A stretch of DNA of 64,000 nucleotides from Spirochaetia bacterium (GTDB lineage Bacteria; Spirochaetota; Spirochaetia; UBA9216), in assembly GCA_965140585.1 (NCBI GenBank), contig OZ223264.1, positions 160,001 to 224,000 of the forward strand, in the 5' to 3' direction. The position numbers and the translations under genes are program-made. Shown in pieces: positions 60,627 through 64,000 of this stretch. Each line of letters opens with the position of its first letter. Position 1 is the first letter of the stretch. Under the pieces are notes generated by a model. The model made no database searches, was not told where the DNA came from, and saw only the letters and a program-made list of their open reading frames with translations.

Positions 60627-61745
60627 ATGAAATACACTAACCGATTCGGAGAAATCCAAGTAAAGAAAAGTTTTGCAGCACCGATGCTGACTTCTCAGTA
60701 CACTATCTGTCCCATCCCTTTTAAGTTTGACCCTTACAAAGGGTGTGCATACAATTGCAAATACTGTTTTGCCAAGGACATTGTCGAGTTTGCCAGAAGA
60801 CGTTCTGACAATAAAACCTTCCAGTACATCTATGGTAATAGACCTGACCAGCTTAGAGCATGGATTCAGAATGCAATCGAATCTTCTTACGATTATGAAC
60901 GAGGGGCTGAGGTTGCAATCAAAGAAAGAATCCCTGTCAAAGTTGGTGCCACTTCAGACCCATTCCCTACTATAGAGAGAGATGCTCATATCACTTATGA
61001 CGCATTGAAAGTATTCGACATGTTTGACTACCCAATTGAGATTCAAACCAAGAACCCTGCAATACTCGCCGAGTATGCTGATGAGTTTGATAATCCCAAT
61101 TGGACAGTTGCGGTTTCTCTTATCTCTACTGATGAAAAGTATCTCAAAGCTACAGAGCCAGGTGCACCAACGGCAAAACAGAGATTGGATGCAATAAAGA
61201 AACTCACTGATATGGGAATCAAAGTTATGGGTAAGATTCAGCCTGCTATCTTTCCCAAGATTCTCGATGACTTACCTTCTCTGGTTAGTGCATTCAAAGA
61301 TGCTGGTTGCTGGTCATTCAATATTGAAGGACTCAGAGTATCGAGAGCTATGACACCTCAGCAGAAAGCTCAGTACGATTCCATTAGTGATTATCTTGGT
61401 TTTGATGTCGTTGAATATTATAAAAACGAAGATTTGATGGGAGAGTATGTTCTTGGTTATGACAAGAAAATGCAGTACGTCAGACTTTCTGAACAGTTGG
61501 CTGCAAAACATGGTCTCAGGTTTTTTGTCGCAGATAATGGCATGGGTTGTATGGGATGTTCTGGTGAGTGTTGTGGAACTGAGGTTCTTCGGGATTATCA
61601 GATAATGGGATACAACGATAGGTCTCTCTCATTTCCTACTGAGTCAAATGTCTCAGTAGAGATGCAGAATGTAAAAGCTAATTTCAGTAGGAACAAATCA
61701 AAACAGCACATGACTATCAGAGAGGTAGTCGATTCTCTAATGTAA
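60627..61745 (+). CDS. Radical SAM protein, SPL (spore photoproduct lyase)-like clade
   Basis: DPYKGCAYNCKYCFA (CxxxCxxC), GATSDPF, IQTKNP, EPGAP....RL and an extra C-terminal CMGCSGECCG cluster. Confidence 0.85.
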   Translation: MKYTNRFGEIQVKKSFAAPMLTSQYTICPIPFKFDPYKGCAYNCKYCFAKDIVEFARRRSDNKTFQYIYGNRPDQLRAWIQNAIESSYDYERGAEVAIKERIPVKVGATSDPFPTIERDAHITYDALKVFDMFDYPIEIQTKNPAILAEYADEFDNPNWTVAVSLISTDEKYLKATEPGAPTAKQRLDAIKKLTDMGIKVMGKIQPAIFPKILDDLPSLVSAFKDAGCWSFNIEGLRVSRAMTPQQKAQYDSISDYLGFDVVEYYKNEDLMGEYVLGYDKKMQYVRLSEQLAAKHGLRFFVADNGMGCMGCSGECCGTEVLRDYQIMGYNDRSLSFPTESNVSVEMQNVKANFSRNKSKQHMTIREVVDSLM

Positions 61746-61749
61746 TTTT

Positions 61750-61779
61750 GCCCTCCGTTTTGGAGGGCCATTTTTTTTT
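61750..61779 (+). terminator. Terminator closing the modification operon
   Basis: GCCCTCC-GTTTT-GGAGGGC followed by CA and T9. Confidence 0.85.
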
Positions 61780-61861
61780 ATTAATTCCAAAAAAGTTTCA
61801 AAATATTCAAAAAGTGATGTTTGAAAAGCATATTTATATATAAAGAAAAAGGAGGTAGCAG

Positions 61862-62011
61862 ATGTCTACTACTATAAATATTGGTGATATTAAATTAAAA
61901 GCCTTTAAAGCTAAAGTGAAAGAAGAAGGTAGAACTATAAAATGGGTAATGGCTCAACTTATAGATTTGTATCTTGAAGATGAAGTAGAGCTGAAGAGGA
62001 ATGGCAAGTGA
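61862..62011 (+). CDS. Ribbon-helix-helix (ParG/CopG-like) regulator, 49 aa, not in the ORF track
   Basis: Hand translation MSTTINIGDIKLKAFKAKVKEEGRTIKWVMAQLIDLYLEDEVELKRNGK; RBS GGAGGT. Confidence 0.75.
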   Translation: MSTTINIGDIKLKAFKAKVKEEGRTIKWVMAQLIDLYLEDEVELKRNGK

Positions 62012-62151
62012 ACAAGGATTTAATAGAGGTCTTGAAAGCTCAGAATAAGAAAATTAAGCAGTTGGAGTCTGTGCTTGAATCCATGCAAACTGCTCTTAAA
62101 GCCATAGATGAAGATTTGGAGTATATCTCCAAGATTGTATTAGAGAGGTAG
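62008..62151 (+). CDS. Small coiled-coil protein, 47 aa
   Basis: GTGA overlap with the RHH gene; MNKDLIEVLKAQNKKIKQLESVLESMQTALKAIDEDLEYISKIVLER. Confidence 0.6.
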   Translation: MNKDLIEVLKAQNKKIKQLESVLESMQTALKAIDEDLEYISKIVLER

Positions 62152-62153
62152 AT

Positions 62154-62315
62154 ATGAGAATAGAAAAATTGATGCAAGAAATAGAAATTGAATTTAAAAA
62201 CGCTAAAAATGAACATGAATATGAAAAGATATATTCAGCTGTTAGTGATTGGGTTGAAGAGTTCAATCTGTCTGATGGCTGGGAAGACAAGATAAGAAAA
62301 CTAAAAGGTTATTAA
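62154..62315 (+). CDS. Small hypothetical protein, 53 aa
   Basis: RBS GAGGT; MRIEKLMQEIEIEFKNAKNEHEYEKIYSAVSDWVEEFNLSDGWEDKIRKLKGY. Confidence 0.6.
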   Translation: MRIEKLMQEIEIEFKNAKNEHEYEKIYSAVSDWVEEFNLSDGWEDKIRKLKGY

Positions 62316-62321
62316 TCACAT

Positions 62322-62348
62322 AGTCCTGAGTTAGACTTTAAATGACTC
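62322..62348 (+). ncRNA. Compact H-type pseudoknot in an intergenic leader
   Basis: S1 AGTC(62322-25)/GACT(62334-37); S2 GAGTTA(62328-33)/TGACTC(62343-48). Confidence 0.5.
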
Positions 62349-62426
62349 CTAAACTAACAGGGAACACTACACACTACATAACTCTACTACATCAAGCACA
62401 TTTATATTTTTTAACAAGGAATGTAA

Positions 62427-62948
62427 ATGGAAAGAAAAGACCTTCTCAGAATATTAAAAGACATTAACAGCTATGGGATTGATTTCTATCTCAGTGGCAA
62501 GATGGTTAAACTGCCACCAGAGGTGGTGGTCAGTGGAGCCATACTTAATGGCTTGAATCTATTCAATAACGATGTTGAATATTTGAAATCATTATCAACT
62601 ATAGATTACCTCAAATCAGAATATTGGAGAGAGCTATCAATCAGGAAACTTGAAAGAGACCCCAAGTGCCAAGGCTGTGGGAATAAGGCAATAAAGGTTT
62701 ATAAAACTGAATGGCTTACCAAAGGTGAAGAGACCTTGGATGATGTAGTTTCTCTATGTTCAAAATGTAAGGTAATAGACGGTGAGGTTGTTTCTCACAA
62801 GCAGATAAAGCAGGAGATTAGAGACGCTATCAGGCAATCACCTGAATTTAAAGAGATGCTTCAAAAGGAAGTTGAAGAAAAAATTATTAAAACTACCAAG
62901 GACTACTTGGAAGGTAGGAACAGTAGAGAAGTAAAGGAGATATTATGA
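62427..62948 (+). CDS. Protein with a degenerate (His-less) HNH zinc-finger domain
   Basis: YLKS..W......L.RD..CQGCG.....VYK......G.E..DD...LCSKCK, where the catalytic VHH and terminal H are replaced. Confidence 0.7.
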   Translation: MERKDLLRILKDINSYGIDFYLSGKMVKLPPEVVVSGAILNGLNLFNNDVEYLKSLSTIDYLKSEYWRELSIRKLERDPKCQGCGNKAIKVYKTEWLTKGEETLDDVVSLCSKCKVIDGEVVSHKQIKQEIRDAIRQSPEFKEMLQKEVEEKIIKTTKDYLEGRNSREVKEIL

Positions 62949-63772
62949 AAGAATTTAAATACTATGGAGAATTATTAAAAAAGACAAATGGGTATAAGAA
63001 ACGGACCACAGAGAATGGTGATTTCTTTGCAGCCGTACCATTGGAAATATTTGATTATGATTTGAATCTTACAGAGACAAGAGTCTATATGTACTTATTA
63101 CAAGCTTCCTCTGAAAAAGGATATTGTTGGCCAAGACAAAGCTTGATAGCTGAGAAGACTGATAGAACAAGGTCTACTGTATCAAGAGCTTTAAGGTCAT
63201 TGGAAAGAAAAGGGTTGCTTGCAATACACACAATAAGAAAAGAGAATAACATGGAGCATAATGTATACCTACCTAAGCTTGGTATTTTTTTCTCAACCAA
63301 TATGACTAAAAAGTCATCAGAGCCTTCCGTAGACGACACACGGGCTGAGCAAGAAAGTTCTGGTAGCATTCCCAAAACAGCACAGTATAAGTATTATCTA
63401 AAAGGATTATCTAAAATTATTAATAATAATGGTATCAATAATGAATTTACTAAATCTACAGGGAACACTACATTTAATACTACTAATAAATTTATAGAAT
63501 TCTATAATATTGAATATCAGAAGCATCTTGGTTCAGAGCATTATGTAGATAATAAGCTTATTCAAAAAGTTAATAAATTAGAGCCTGATAAAATTAAATT
63601 TATTCAAGATAATATTGCTGAATGGTTCAGGTTTATAAAATATACAGACAACCAGTTTATTCAGAATTCTAATAAAAGCCTGCACGTTTTACTTGAGCCA
63701 TCTGTTTATATGCTGTTCTACCAATATGCCAATAGGCCAGGTAAGCCCAAATCAGTTTGGGAGCTTGATTAA
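62945..63772 (+). CDS. Phage/plasmid replication initiator with N-terminal winged HTH (HTH_36-like)
   Basis: E.RVY.YL......G.CWP.QS.IA......RSTV.RAL..LE.KGL, followed by an N/T-rich linker. Confidence 0.78.
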   Translation: MKEFKYYGELLKKTNGYKKRTTENGDFFAAVPLEIFDYDLNLTETRVYMYLLQASSEKGYCWPRQSLIAEKTDRTRSTVSRALRSLERKGLLAIHTIRKENNMEHNVYLPKLGIFFSTNMTKKSSEPSVDDTRAEQESSGSIPKTAQYKYYLKGLSKIINNNGINNEFTKSTGNTTFNTTNKFIEFYNIEYQKHLGSEHYVDNKLIQKVNKLEPDKIKFIQDNIAEWFRFIKYTDNQFIQNSNKSLHVLLEPSVYMLFYQYANRPGKPKSVWELD

Positions 63773-63820
63773 GCATATTTATACCTGATTATCAATTTGA
63801 TATCCGTTCATATCTCCAAT

Positions 63821-63846
63821 GCCCAGAGTTTCTGGGCTTCTTTTTT
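63821..63846 (+). terminator. Terminator after rep
   Basis: GCCCAGA-GTT-TCTGGGC followed by TTCTTTTTT. Confidence 0.8.
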
Positions 63847-63894
63847 CTACTGAGACAAATGGCTCAATAAAGCTTTTGTAATTCAATTAATTTC

Positions 63895-63922
63895 TTGAAA
63901 AGATTTTTTGTTGTGTTATAAT
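63895..63922 (+). promoter_or_regulatory. sigma70 promoter with extended -10
   Basis: TTGAAA-16 nt-TATAAT preceded by TGn. Confidence 0.55.
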
Positions 63923-63967
63923 TCCAGAGTGATCACAAAAAAATATTAAAAAATCGGAGTAAAAAAA

Positions 63968-64000
63968 ATGAAAATCCTATCTCTATTTAAACGTAAAAAA
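63968..64000 (+). CDS. 5' end of a gene cut by the window edge (MKILSLFKRKK)
   Basis: RBS GGAG upstream; frame open to the end of the window. Confidence 0.5.
   Translation, partial: MKILSLFKRKK

Larger units (their letters stand above)
55997..64000. mobile_element. Integrated element (prophage, satellite or IME), left part
   Basis: Large serine integrase at the edge, a visible shift to more AT-rich sequence, and phage-type MTase, HNH, RHH and replication genes. It runs off the window. Confidence 0.85.

Noticed and set aside
61822-61840. GAAAAGCATATTTATATA as an archaeal BRE/TATA promoter
   Set aside because: The host context is bacterial, and SD sequences lie between the motif and the ATG where an archaeal TSS spacing would exclude them. 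It was kept only as a phage-type motif.
63968-64000. MKILSLF as the start of a second C5-methyltransferase
   Set aside because: Motif I needs F.G.GG next, but the sequence continues KRKK. Eleven codons are too few to assign.

Overview
Chromosomal window from a free-living-type spirochaete, probably Spirochaetaceae. The evidence is the periplasmic flagellar collar gene flcA, an archaeal-type pyrH, a rplM-rpsI-recX block and a MoxR/DUF58/Bat operon. About 1-55,900 is mostly housekeeping: ald with an Lrp regulator, argJ, infA, dksA, rimO, glnS, pcrA/uvrD, eno, a divergent proS, oppABCDF, ilvE, tRNA-Arg(CCT) and tRNA-Leu(CAA). It also carries a family of paired 37-nt palindromes and two small duplication scars. 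From ~55,997 to the window end is a visibly more AT-rich integrated element that appears inserted into codon ~9 of a host ssb-like gene. It encodes a large serine integrase, an orphan gene with leaderless promoter geometry, and a candidate DNA-modification operon (small HTH/Zn protein, C5-cytosine methyltransferase and SPL-like radical SAM enzyme, split by an antisense NUMOD4-HNH gene). It continues with an RHH regulator cluster, a catalytically dead HNH protein and an HTH replication initiator. The element also has a recurring GCATATTTAT upstream motif, a structured leader, an H-type pseudoknot and a 15-bp repeat shared between the rep-operon leader and the rep gene. No capsid or tail genes are visible and the right end lies outside the window. 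All family calls come from motif recognition by eye; no searches were run.
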